This document shows positions 40,256 to 53,330 of a DNA stretch of 64,000 bases, piece after piece. Position numbers and translations under genes: made by a program. Where the stretch lies: positions 116,748,001-116,812,000 of the forward strand of contig NC_045697.1 of assembly GCF_009834535.1 (NCBI RefSeq). Direction: 5' to 3'. This DNA is from Camelus ferus (Eukaryota). The notes below the pieces were generated by a model, which was not told the origin of the DNA, made no database searches, and worked only from the letters and a program-made list of their open reading frames with translations. Every line of letters begins with the position of its first letter. Within the stretch, counting starts at the first letter, position 1.

Positions 40256-40904
40256 ACTTTTATTACTCTGTCTAGAACCATCTCTGAGTCACATATGCTA
40301 AGTGTAACCAAACCCAGGCCAGTGCTCCCTAAGGTTTGCCATCCAGCTTGAATCAATAACCAAGTGGGAAATTCAGCTACTGATTGATAACCGTTGAGAA
40401 CTTCTTGGCCAATCCCATGCATACATTTCAAAAAGATGAAATTCAGGACAGAGCCACTGTAGAGTTAAATCCACTTAGGGAAAACAGTCTCCAGAGCAAG
40501 CGACAAAATTATAGCCTGGTTAGAGCATCTATTCAAACTGCATTTTCCAAGCGAACACATGCTCCCCCTCTACAACAGATGGAAGTGGCCCGTGTCGAGT
40601 CCTAGGGTGTTTTCCCAGAACTGAGCAAGACATTGCTTCAGAGCTTAATCTTAAGATACAGAAAAATATTTCACAAGAAAATTCCTGGAGTTCACTCTCA
40701 ATCAGGGCATGCTATTTGCTCTAAAAAATGACCCAGTTCTCTATCAATGATTGATATAAAGCACAACAACGATGTTTGTTTCCTTTTAATTTCAAAGGCA
40801 TTTGTGTTAGTGGTCGTTCCCCTAATTTAGTATTATATGAAAATGACTAAACCACACCAGCTAACATTGTTTCAGACTATCAGCACACCTGCTGTGAACT
40901 TGTA

Positions 40905-41900
40905 ACTGGTTGACGTCAAAGCAGAGAAACTAACTTTGGAAAAAAAAAAACCCCCAATCTCCAGTTTTCCTTGGACATCGTGACTGTTTTACTTGATCCG
41001 AGTATATTTAGAAGACTGAAGAAGAAACAGTGAGTTAATGTCTTACAAAGAATTAAAAAAAAATCTTCAAAGCCAAATCAGAATAGAAAACGAAGGAGAA
41101 AAGAAATCCCTCTATGGTTTAAAACCTTAATATGTAACTTGCCGTACACACATGAATAACTGGCAGAAAAGACTCTTGGGTTCATGAGGGTCCGCACTGA
41201 CTGGTTATCTCTTCCTCTTAAAGTGGGAAGGAGTAACGCCCACTTCCTTGTCGTGGTGGAGGGAGGGCTCACCCAGGCCCCCTCCCCAGGGTCTCTATAT
41301 CCCAGAAAAGCGCATCCCGAGCGGGACGGCTCCCCTTGCCGGCTTCAGACACCCCAGCAGCCACGCCGGGGCGGGGCCTAGGGCAGTCGCCACGCCCTTA
41401 CAGGGGGCAGGCCGGGGCCCTGGGGTCGGCATCCCCCCGCGTCACCCCGTGGGGGCGCCGGCTTGGTCTTGATCGGCCGCCCCGGGGGCGCCGGGCAGAC
41501 AGGGCCCTGGGAGGAGGAAGCAGCTTTGCCCGAGGACCCTTCCACGTGGATTCAGGAGGGTGGGGAGGAGGCGGAGGGGCAAAGCATGACAAGAAGCTGG
41601 AAGGGTTCTCCACCTGAGAAATACGTGCCCCAATTATGAGGAATTCCAGCAACTGGGGCGGTTCTCACTAACTTCTGCTTATGGAAGATCTTGGTTATAG
41701 GATCGAAAGAAGTTATTTTGTTTACCACGAGAGTATCACATCTATATTCTAACTAAGAGCGTATCTGGCGTAAGGATAGACAGTTTACTCTTCCCCCCCA
41801 AATAAGGCTTTATCAGGAACAACGAAGGGGGCGTTAAAGGGAAACAAAGCATCATGGGGTCCCTTCTCCGGCACCTCCTACCTGGGAACTGACAAGGTAA
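40905..41900. promoter_or_regulatory. CpG-rich promoter/enhancer-like region
   Basis: GC- and CpG-dense core at ~41250-41600. Perfect CRE TGACGTCA at 40911-40918, GGGGCGGGG GC box at ~41368, CACGTG at ~41543, ETS-like CACTTCC at ~41241. Confidence 0.55.
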
Positions 41901-42479
41901 GGTCCGCTCGAGAGGCGGCCTTATTGCTAACAATTCTGCTTCACCACCGCCCTCCTTCTCTTCTCTCCGTGAACGGAAGCCAGCAGGTCGTGGACAACAT
42001 TGATTGCTGTGACCGACGGAGCAGATGCGAGAAATCGTTTTCAAGTGTCCGTATCTAAAAATTACAAAAACAAACAGAACCACAGCAAAACCCCCAAACC
42101 TTTAAATGGATACTTGAGCTTCAAAGGAAAGGGAATCACCGGATAAATTAAGGAAGATGAAATTCAAAGCCAGGTCAGTGATCAAGATGAGACCCAAGGG
42201 TCTGCTCAGGAAGTCATGGCTAGAAGTGGGCGAGGGCTGGAGCCCCACCCAACTCAGGGCACCATGATGAAAAATTAGCACGAAGTTGGTCCTAGACTTG
42301 TGAAACCCACCCGGCCCTCGGAAGGAGAAAGCTCCAAATTACTCTTGAAATTCTCCCACAGCGCAGGCGACCGGGACTGCTTTGGAAAGTGAACTCCTCC
42401 CCAATATACAGTAAAAATGACAAACAACAAGCAGAAGCCAGTGACATGAACAAGAGTCAGAAAATACAATAAATGGGAG

Positions 42480-43150
42480 TGTTCACATGCATAAATATTG
42501 TAGACGTAAAAGCATCTGAGGGACCATGGGGCAACAACCAGGCATCTAGAAAACAGCAGGTAACTTTGGAAACAAACCAAAAAAAAATTACTAAAAATAG
42601 TAACATTTACAGAGACTGAAGTTTTAAACACACAACTAAAAGTGTGAACAGCAGAATCATTGAATTGAAGAAGTTAATTGAAAGATTAATTAAAAAAAAA
42701 GCACAGAGAAAAATTAAACCTAGAGGTAAAGAGATAAAAAAAAATATGGAAGGGGCACTAAGATTTATAGAGGAGAAAACAAAACAGCCCGATGACATAC
42801 GCATAAAATTCCAGGAAACAAGGAACAGAGAAAAGGACAAGGGGTGGTATTAGAAGACAGGGTGGCTGAGAACTTCCTAGAATCGAAGACAGTTCTTGGG
42901 TTGAAGGAGTACACCCAGATCTAACAGGAAAGAGAAAAATAAATTACATCTAGCAAAACCACAGGGAAATTGCAGAGTCAAATAAGAGGAGGAAAAACTG
43001 TCTGCCAGAGAGAAAAGCCAGCTAACTCATAAAAGAAGGATGATTAAGCTGGCAACGGATTTCTCAGCAGCTGCAGGCAAGGCGACAAATGAAGGAAATG
43101 CGTTCAGATGTCAGAACTGTTGTTCACCTAGAATTCTATACGGCTACACT
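42480..43150 (+). mobile_element. Old L1/HAL1 ORF1 remnant
   Basis: ggctgagaacttcctagaa (AENFxE) and IKLATDFS motifs. Confidence 0.65.
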
Positions 43151-43759
43151 CTAACCATAAGGCATGTTCATCTACCCACACGTGGAATTAGCCAAGGTGA
43201 CCACTGTGTAAAGCATCAGCTTATGCAACCCTAAACAAAGCAGACAAGAAAAGTTGTGCCTCCAGGGGAGTTTTGGATTTTAAACAACACAGTGTAGATC
43301 CCCAGCTAGAAAATCTAATCCCACCTGTGCTGGGGATGGTCACAGACTTCCCCGCATCCCTGGTGATGAAGCAAAGCGTTGCCCCAGTCCAGCTGCGGAG
43401 TTGACCTCTTCTTACACAGGTGGAGGAAAAAGATCTGAAGCAAATGTTTTATACAGATATCTATAACAATTAATAATTATTTTATACATAATAAAATATA
43501 TGATGTATTATGATACAAGATACATCATTTATAAAATATGACAACCATAAATAAATAATAAACTTGGTTCATTTTAGACCTTTTATTTATAGGTCAAGTG
43601 CTATTAAATTGACAGGGTCTCAGATTTGCTAGTGTGCACTTATTTCTCCTCATACTTAACTATATTTTTCAACAGGTGATATCTTAGCAGGGTCCATAGT
43701 TACTACCACATTTTTGTTATTTTTTAGACTGGTCAATGGATGGAAAGATAAAAATTTCT

Positions 43760-44185
43760 TTTTTTTAATTGAAATATAGTTGATTTACAATTTTGTGTTA
43801 GTTTCTGATGTACAGCATAGTGGCTTAGTTATACACATATATTCTTTTTATTATATGATATTTAATATAGTTCCTTGCGCTATATAATAGGTCCTAATTG
43901 TTTATCTGTTCTTTTTATAGTAGTGTGTATCTGTTAATCCCAAACTCCCAATCTAATCCCCCTTTTCCCCTTTGTTAACTGTAAGTTTGTTTTCTATGTC
44001 TATGAGTCTGTTTCTATTTCATAAATAAATTCATTTGTGTCATATTTTAGATTCCACATGTAAGTGTTATCATATGACATTTGTCTCTGTCTGACTTACT
44101 TCACTTAGTATGATAATCTCTAGGTCCATCCATGTTGCTGCAAATGGCACTATTTCATTCCTTTTTAATGGCTGAGTAGTATTCC

Positions 44186-44234
<49 letters not shown>

Positions 44235-44250
44235 CACATCTTTATCCAAC
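43760..44250 (-). mobile_element. L1 3' end with (GT)n at 44190-44232 and TSD
   Basis: PFAATWMDLEIIILSEVSQ on the minus strand; aaaaatttctt on both sides. Confidence 0.9.
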
Positions 44251-46344
44251 AAAAATTTCTTGATAAGAATGTTGAGATTGGCAAAGCTTCTACTTTCCAG
44301 GAATATTTAAACTTCTTTCAAAGACATTAAATTTTTCCTTAAAAATGGTTACATTTTTATCCTCTTAGGAAATCACAATGGTGATTAATTGCTATTGTTT
44401 TTTAATTCATTATGTTATAAAAATGTCATTGAATAGCCTTTAGCTGAGATATTTGACTTTATTTATATCTCAAAAGAAATAAGTTGCTTAATTCTTAACA
44501 AAACTTTACAGATGGGCTCAAACTTCAGATATCCTCTCACTTGGCCTAATCTCTTTTTTCAAACAAAAGGAATATCCTATTTTTTTTTAAGTATCAAAGA
44601 AGTGTCTTTGGAAAGAAAATTTTCTCTAAAATTTCAAATAAATCCCCAGTCCTTCTAAGGCATCTTCCTAGGCATTCATAAGGAAATTACTTTTCACGAT
44701 ACTAGGCTAGGAGAATTCTGCTTGTGGACCAATTTCAGAAGAACTTGTACCTTTCTCAGGAAATTAGAGTTGTATTTGGGGTACTTGCTGCAGTAATTGT
44801 GCTACTGTAATTTTTTTGAGGATAATGAGAGAAGGCAGTGGAGTGATTTGACCTGGTACATCAGTACATCAGTATCAGAGCAGCCTCCAGACTCTTCTTG
44901 GGCTCAGATCTCCACTGAGTTTCTGAGACAAACTGTTACTTCTCTTGCGAGTACAGGGTGGGGTTTCAGGATTCCACAGCAACAGATTCAGTGCCTTTTA
45001 CAGAGTGAGTTTTTCCATCTTGTGCTCTCTGCCTCACACAGAGAAAGATGTGGGCATCTCGCTCTCTAGGTGGATGACCATTTGTGTTTGGAAATGCATT
45101 TCATTTTAGGCCAAGGATGTAGTAATATTGTGAAAATAAAACAGCATTATTTCTCACATCTGGTTTGATGCGTGTATTTTAATCAGTTTTTAAAGCCATT
45201 GCCTTTTCTCTGTGTGGAAGAGGTTTCAGAGTTCATTATGCACACATTCCTCTAAAAACTGAAACTAATTTTAGCCCTTAGGAATTTCATGGAAGTAAAT
45301 TTGGTATCTTCAATACATTTGTGAAACCTAATAAAATTCACGTTTAAATTGGTACAGTGTTTTGAAATCTTTCTCCTCCTTGATTGAATTGAAACTATTT
45401 TCTACTAAGCCTCAAAAACAAACAAACAAACAAAGAAACAAACAAATTAAACAAACCCTGGGAGAATGGAAGTAGCAAGTTCGTACAATGGCTTCCCAGG
45501 TCTTGATTATAACGCACTTTGTCATTTAATAGTTCTCTTAAAATAGAATAATTAAGAAGTCTGGGTTATGTGATAGAATATGAGAAACTTTAGCAAAACC
45601 TTGATTATCCTGTCGCAGGAAATGTTGCATTGCGAATCAGTACAGGGATTTGACAAGAGCCCCCCTCCCCCTGAGCCCCTCCCCACCGTGGCCCCACTGC
45701 CAGGGTGACGGAACACGACCCTTTACCCTCACCCCTTCTGCTGCACCACTGGAGACTAGAAGCAAGATACCCTTTATACTCCTTTTCTCATGTTTCTCTT
45801 CCCTGCCGATTACCAGGTTGCTTGTTTGTTTGTTTTTTTGACTTTTTTTTTCCCTTTAATTGAAGTGTAGTTGATTTCCAATGTTGTGTTAGTTTCGGGC
45901 ATACAGCAAAGTGACTCAGTGATGCATATACGTATATTGTTTTTATGAACTGTGTTCCGTAAATGTTCAGGATCTGTGGGTCAAGAGCTGACTTTCTTTT
46001 TCTGGAAGGATTATTTCACACGGAATCCTCAGGATACGGTCTGTTTCTCTAAATTCTACTCTAGATTAAAAACAAAACTCATGTACTTACCTTTAGAAAA
46101 AGATCCACAAACGTCCAAAAAGAAGACCTTAAAAATGTTTCAACTTTACGAAACTTATGATATTCAAACTGTTTTATTTAAAATGCTTAACTCCCAAAAT
46201 ACCTGTCAAAACTATGACAGGGATACATTTACAGTGACTTCCATCCATTCATTCCACTGGTTTTGCCATAAAAAGTGGAAACCAACTTGGCATTCCCTTT
46301 CTGAGTGGCTTATATTTACTACAGGATTATTCAACATAAGAATT

Positions 46345-46827
46345 TACAAATCAGAAATAGACTCACGGACGTAGAAAACAAACTTATGGTTACCAAAGGG
46401 GAAAGGATGGGGAATTAATTAGGAATTTGGGATTAACAGATACACACTACTGTATATAAAATAGATAAACAACAAGGACCTACTGTATAGCACAAAGAAC
46501 TATATTCAATTTTTTGTAATAATGTATAATGGAAAAGAATATGAAAGATAATAGATATATTCTGAAAATATACGTATATCTGAATCATTCTGCTGTATGC
46601 CTGAAACTAATACAATCTTGTAAATCAACTGTAATTCAATAAAAAAGGAATAGAAAATCCAGAAATAAACCCATGCATTTACGATCAATTAATCTATGAC
46701 AAAGGAGGCAAGAATATACAATGGCGAAAAGATGGTTTCTTTGACAAGTGGTGCTGGGAAAACTGGACAGCTACATGTAAATCAATGAAATTAAAACTTT
46801 CTGTAATACTATATACAAAATAAACTA
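46345..46827 (+). mobile_element. L1 3' UTR (to ~46647) followed by an internal ORF2 fragment
   Basis: aaacaaacttatggttaccaaagggg...aataaaaaa, then sequence reading IENPEINP...[11 protein letters not shown]. Confidence 0.85.
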
Positions 46828-47341
46828 TTGCTTTGCAACAAACCCAAACTAAGTAACTTCCAGAGTAATGTGTTATTTCCAGGGTTCCTGTGGATGGGCT
46901 GGGAGATTCTTCTGTTGGCATCATCTGCACTCATGCAGGCACTGGAGGGGATGACCACTGGGGTGGCTGTGCTGCTCTGTTCACTTGCCCTTAATCCTCA
47001 AGGAGGCTGGACCAGGCTTTCGCTGTGGTTCCAGCAGCCTTCCAATGGGGCAGGTGCCACTGCACACACGCTTACCTGCCCTCTGACTGTAGCCGTTCCT
47101 TTGTCGAGATCTCATGGCTTTGGGTAGTGCGAGGAGAGGTCTGGTGGGGCCACTAACGTAACAGTCAACCACAGGCAGTACAGTAGGTGACGGTTTTGAA
47201 TCAAGGTTAAATTTTACCGATACGTTAATCATATTGTTGTGAAGCACAACATTCTAGCCTTAAGCAAAAAAGGCTGAAGTAGTTAAAGATAGTGTGACAT
47301 GATTTGTGTCATGATGAGTGGAATGTACTTTCGGATACTCT

Positions 47342-47412
47342 AGGGAGAGAGGGAAGGAGGGAAGGAGGGAAGTGGGAGGGAGGAGGGGGAGGAGGAAGGA
47401 GGGAGGGAGAGG
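47342..47412 (+). repeat. GA-rich low-complexity tract (potential G-quadruplex)
   Basis: Repeated GGGA and GGA runs. Confidence 0.7.
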
Positions 47413-47704
47413 AAGCCAAGGGAACAAAATGTCAGCAACTGTTGGATGAGGGGGACGTAAGTGTCTATGTTACTATTTGTTCAAATTTTCAAACCTGGGT
47501 TTGTTGTCCAGATGGTCAGCAGGTTTGAAATTTTGCAAAACAAAACTTGGTAGAGTCCATGAGCGCCCCTGGCAAGCTTGTGAAGAGCCAATCTGCCCCT
47601 CCTCTGCCTTTGAGATCCTGGATCCTGTAGGTCTGGGATCAGCCTGTGCAACAAGGACTAAACTGACTCTACTAGTCCATGGTCCACGCTTTTAGAAACA
47701 TTAA

Positions 47705-48193
47705 GTTGCTGGAGAGTAGTTCTTGTTGCAGAGAGAGTTTCTTTGACAAGCTGGTTACATAGAGTGTAAAAATGAATGGGCAGAATACTCATTAGGGAGG
47801 GAGGGGTTTGGGCTCACATTCCCTGATGTTCAACCCAACTCCACCTTCCCAAGGGGACGAGGGATTTTTGTCCTTATTTAGTCTGGATCAGATGTGTCAT
47901 GGCCTCAGTGCATGATGGGTACTTCTAATCTGCAAGGCTAATTTTATGGTAATGAGGGCATAATAAGCAAAAGGCTATGTTCGGACACTGGAGATTCCTG
48001 CCTTTTCCCACCTTTCTTTGTCAGCCTCCAGGACACTTGTCACCCCAAAGTAAGTGGTATCTTATCAGCCCAGAGGTTCCTGCTTTCCTCTGTCTACCCA
48101 GGGACCCACATTATTTACAAGATTGCAGTTTCCTGCCATTTGGCCCATGCCCCTCTTTCTCTGTTCACATCTAGCTAGCTGCCTTTTCTAACA
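47705..48193 (-). mobile_element. ERV1-class solo LTR, same family
   Basis: Reverse complement begins tgttagaaaaggcagctagctagatgtgaacagagaaagaggggcatgggccaaatggcaggaaac, nearly the same as the start at 32829. Confidence 0.8.
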
Positions 48194-48870
48194 GTAACCA
48201 TCACCAAAACAACATAAAAAATAAACTGGGAAAATGTTTATCAAAAATTATACCACAGACAAAGGATCCTTTGCTACACAAAGGAATCCTCCAAGTTACA
48301 ATTTTAAGTCTCGAACCATCCTAGAAAACATTGTCAGCAGGAGCAAGAAGAAAGGTCACAGGGAAGGCAATACCAATTGCTGGCACACAGGGAGAGAACT
48401 GATCAGCTCTGCCCACGTGTTAATGAGCACTCAGACACGCTTAGACACTAGTGCCATTTTAACCACATTACATCCGGAAAGCATTAAGAATCAGATAAAA
48501 ATCATTTTGGCAAGTATGTGGAGAACCTCAGCAGGGTTAAAATTCAGTTACAACTTTTTGCAGAGCGTTATGGAAATACCTATCAAATTTATAAGTGTGT
48601 ATCTGTCTCATGATTCAGTTATTCTACTGGGACTATGCCTTGTACATATACACACATAAGTGCCTAAAATATCTATGCAAAGGTACTAATGTTGGCATTC
48701 TATTTATCTTTTTGTAACAAACACAGGAAATACTCTCTAAGACCCTGCGTTCGTGTGCGTGAGAAGGCTAGAAATTGAGAAACTGGGGGAGAGAATGAAA
48801 GAATGAATTAAGGTGCTATTTAGTTTTTAGTTTCATATTTTTGTTTTTTAATTGGTTTCCAAGAAACTTG

Positions 48871-51166
48871 TTTTTTTTTTTAACATTTTTTGTTGATTTA
48901 TAATCATTTTACAATGTTGTGTCAAATTCCAGTGTTCAGCACAATTTTTCAGTCATTCATGGACATATACACACTCATTGTCACATTTTTTTCTCTGTGA
49001 GTTATCATAACATTTTGTGTATATTTCCCTGTGCTATACAGTGTAATCTTGTTTATCTATTCTACAATTTTGAAGTCCCAGTCTATCCCTTCCCACCCTC
49101 CACCCCCCTGGTAACCACAAGTCTGTATTCTCTGTCTGTGAGTCTATTTCTGTCCTGTATTTACGCTTTGTTTTTGTTTGTTTGTTTGTTTTTGTTTTTG
49201 TTTTTTAGATTCCACATATGAGCGATCTCATATGGTATTTTTCTTTCTCTTTCTGGCTTACTTCACTTAGAATGACATTCTCCAGGAGCATCCATGTTGC
49301 TGCAAATGGCATTATGTTGTCGGTTTTTATGGCTGAGTAGTATTCCATTGTATAAATATACCACCTCTTCTTTATCCAGTCACCTGTTGATGGACATTTA
49401 GGCTGTTTCCATGTTTTGGCTATTGTAAATAGTGCTTCTATGAACATTGGGGTGCAGGTGTCATCCTGAAGTAGATTTCCTTCTGGATACAAGCCCAGGA
49501 GTGGGATTCCTGGGTCATATGGTAAGTCTATTCCTAGTCTTTTGAGGAATCTCCACACTGTTTTCCATAGTGGCTGCACCAAACTGCATTCCCACCAGCA
49601 GTGTAGGAGGGTTCCCCTTTCTCCACAGCCTCTCTAGCATTTGTCATTTGTGGATTTTTGAATGACAGCCATTCTGACTGGTGTGAGGTGATACCTCATT
49701 GTAGTTTGATTTGCATTTCTCTGATAATTAGTGATATTGAGCATTTTTTCATGTGATTTTTGATCATTTGTATGTCTTCCTTGGAGAATTACTTGTTTAG
49801 GTCTTCTGCCCATTTTTGGATTGGGTTGTTTATTTTTTTCTTATTGAGTCGTATGAGCTGCTTATACATTCTGGAGATCAAGCCTTTGTCGGTTTCACTT
49901 GCAAAAATTTTCTCCCGTTCCGTAGGTTTTCTTCTTGTTTTACTTCTGGTTTCCTTTGCTGTGCAGAAGCTTGTAAGTTTCATTAGGTCCCATTTGTTTA
50001 TTCATGCTTTTATTTCTTCTAGGAGAAAATTTTTGAAATGTATGTCAGATAATGTTTTGCCTATGTTTTCCTCTAGGAGGTTTATTGTATCTTGTCTTAT
50101 GTTTAAGTCTTTAATCCATTTTGAGTTGATTTTTGTATATGGTGTAAGGGAGTGTTCTAGCTTCATTGTTTTACATGCTGCTGTCCAGTTTTCCCAACAC
50201 CATTTGCTGAAGAGACTGTCTTTATTCCAATGTATGTTCTTGCCTCCTTTGTCAAAGATGAGTTGACCAAAAGTTTGTGGGTTCATTTCTGGGCTCTCTA
50301 TTCTGTTCCATTGGTCTATATGTCTGTTTTGGTACCAATACCATGCTGTCTTGATGACTGTAGCTCTATAGTATTGTCTGAAGTCTGGGAGAGTTATTCC
50401 TCCAGCCTCTTTCTTTCTCTTCAGTAATGCTTTGGCAATTCTAGGTCTTTGATGGTTCCATATAAATTTTATTATGGTTTGTTCTAGTTCTGTGAAATAT
50501 GTCCTGGGTAATTGGATAGGGATTGCATTAAATCTGTAGATTGCCTTGGGCAGTGTGACCATTTTAACAATATTGATTCTTCCAATCCAAGAGCATGGAA
50601 TATCTTTCCATTTTTTAGAGTCTTCTTTAATTTCCTTCATCAATGGTTTATAGTTTTCTGTGTATAATTCTTTCACCTCCTTGGTTAGATTTATTCCCAG
50701 ATATTTTATTAGTTTGGGTGCTATTTTAAAGGGGATTGTTTCTTTACTTTCTTCTTCTGTTGATTTATCGTTAGTGTAAAGAAATGCAACTGATTTTTGA
50801 ACGTTAATTTTGTAACCTGCTACCTTGCTGAATTCTTCAATCAGCTCTAGTAGCTTTTGTGTGGACCTTTTAGGGTTTTCTATATATAGTAACATGTCAT
50901 CAGCATATAATGACACTTTTACCTCTTCTTTTCCAATTTGAATCCCTTTTATTTCTTTCTCTTGCCTGACTGCTGTGGCTAGGACTTCCAAGACTATGTT
51001 GAATAGGAGTGGTGATAGTGGGCATCCTTGTCTTGTCCCAGATTTTAGTGGGAAGCTTTAGAGTTTTTCACTGTTGAGTACTATGCTGGCTGTAGGTTTG
51101 TCATATATAGCTTTTATTATGTTGAGATATGTTCCCTCTATACCCACTTTGGCGAGAGTTTTTATC
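48871..51166 (-). mobile_element. Young 5'-truncated L1 (~2.3 kb), RT C-terminal half to poly(A)
   Basis: 329-aa open ORF2 segment with YADD, further ORF2 pieces at 49789-49983 and 49205-49582, and TSD agaaacttgttttttt. Confidence 0.97.
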
Positions 51167-52654
51167 AGAAACTTGTTTTTTTGATAAGTAAGCAAACCCA
51201 CTTAAACAGAATCTGCATTCATTCTGGAGAGAATTTAGATGGACATCATAGGTTACCTTAAAGGAAGAATCAGAATCTTGTTGTAGAAATGACTTTCTCT
51301 TATTGTAGTTTTAAACTCCAGCCAATATGCATAGCAATTTATGTTGATGTGTTTCTCTCTCTCGGACAAGTAAACTGCATCAGAATGGACCATTTTGGTC
51401 CTGCTGGATTTTCTCAAAAGTTGGCTTGAGTGAATAGTAAGTCAAAGAGCTGGGACTCAAGAACCCAGAATAGCACACCACACCTGAGGATAATCCCACT
51501 TTATCCCTTTGATTCTTGACCTTGAAACCTCTTTTCAGGAGGAGAAATCAGTCCCACAAAGCCTCGAAGTTAAGCCGCGATCAGGCATTTAGAATTTTTG
51601 CAACAGTCATGTAAGAGAGACTCATATCTACCTAACATAGTGCAGCAACTAGGGACAGCCTGGTTTCTGCACAAACTCTCTCCTTTATGACAGTATCCAA
51701 TACCAAGTCACCTTCCGACCCCCGTGCCCCTAAGAAAATGCACAAAAATCTACTGGAATACACTGGGTATCTCCTTGCCACATATTTAAGAGCTTTGCCA
51801 TATTTCCATGTTAAAGTTGCTGGTTCTATTACTAAGACCACACCTATTGGTGATTTTGAATTTCAGACCTGAGGTCCTCAGTAGGGAGCACCCCAAGATG
51901 ATGTAGGTGAAGAGACAGGATTCTCTAGGACTTTGGTCATTCATTTACAAAAGAAGGGAAATTAAGAAGATTCTGGAGAGCATCTCAGTTTACGATTTGT
52001 GCATTTCAGACACGTCCAACTTTCCCCTCTCCATGGAATGTGTTTCTCGGTAATTTTCCACAAGGCATCTCGGAGCTGAAGCAGACAGCAGGCTTATTTG
52101 CTAACCCCCTTTACGTCAGATGTTCACCTTAGTCAAACATCGTTTCATACCCAGGAAATGGGAACTGAGGACACACCTTCCCAAGCCAGTCTACCCGTGA
52201 TGGAAAAACCCTTAAGAATCCATATTTAGCATCCATCCAAATGCAGCAGATGATTACTTAATAGCCCATTGGGAAAACATTTCTGCCTCTTGGTTGCAAA
52301 AAGTTCTTCAAAAATAGCAGGGCAAGTAGTCCCAGGTCTCTGTGACCTAAAATGTCTAACAAAGCTGAAGAATTATTAGAGCATCTTAGAGCAACCTGAG
52401 GCCATTCAGCCTGATGATTTAGTAATGATGTCTCTGCCATTGGTCAGAGAATTATAAGGCTAGGATTTATGCGCCAGCGCTCACCCGTGTTGGCAGCACT
52501 GGCTGTGAGAAGTCATCTGCGTCCTGAGCATCCCAAGGCAACACACACTTCTGTTTGAATAACTCCAGAAATAAGTTCATTTTGTGATGTGTCCAACTTC
52601 CAGGAAACAAAGTGATATAGTGCAAATAATAAAGTTAAAAAGTATGAAAACCTG

Positions 52655-53330
52655 AGGACAGTATGGAGGTTCCTTAAAAAACTAAAAATAAAGTTACCAT
52701 AAGATCCAGCAACCCCACTCCTGAGCATATATCTGGAGGAAACTAATTCAAAAAGATACAGGCACCCCAATGTTCACAGCAGCACTATTTACAATAGCCA
52801 AGACATGGAAACAACCCAAATGTCCATTGACAGATGACTGAATAAAGAAGCTGTGGTATATTTATACAATGGAATACTACTCAGCCATAAAAAAGAATGA
52901 AATAATGCCATTTGCAAGAACATGGATGGACCTAGAGATGATCATACTGAGTGAAGTAAGTCAGGTAGAGAAAGACAAGTATTGTATGATATCACTTATA
53001 TGTGGAATCTAAAAAAAAGGATACAAATTTTATTTACAAACCAAAAATAGTCTCACAGACATAGGAAACAAACTATGGTTACTAAGAGGGAAAGCATGAG
53101 GGAAGGATACATTAAGAGTTGGGGTTAATAGATACAACTATATATAAAATAGGTATACAACAAATTTCTACTGTACAGCACAGGGAACCATATACAATTT
53201 CTTATAATAACCTATAATGGAACAGAATCTGAAAATAAAATGTATGCTATGTATAACTGAATCGCTTTGCTGTCCACCTCAAACTAACATTGTAAATCAA
53301 CTAACATTTAATAAGAAATAAAAATTTAAA
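52655..53330 (+). mobile_element. L1 ORF2 end plus 3' UTR
   Basis: acagtatggaggttccttaaaaaactaaaaata...gaaataatgccatttgca...A-rich tail. Confidence 0.9.

Noticed and set aside
41184..42083. Several ORFs over the CpG-rich region
   Set aside because: Pro/Gly/Arg-rich in all frames, as expected from base composition alone.
49760..50427. Plus-strand hydrophobic ORFs (168 aa, 65 aa), likewise 10736-11155 and 14071-14307
   Set aside because: Antisense shadows of L1 ORF2.
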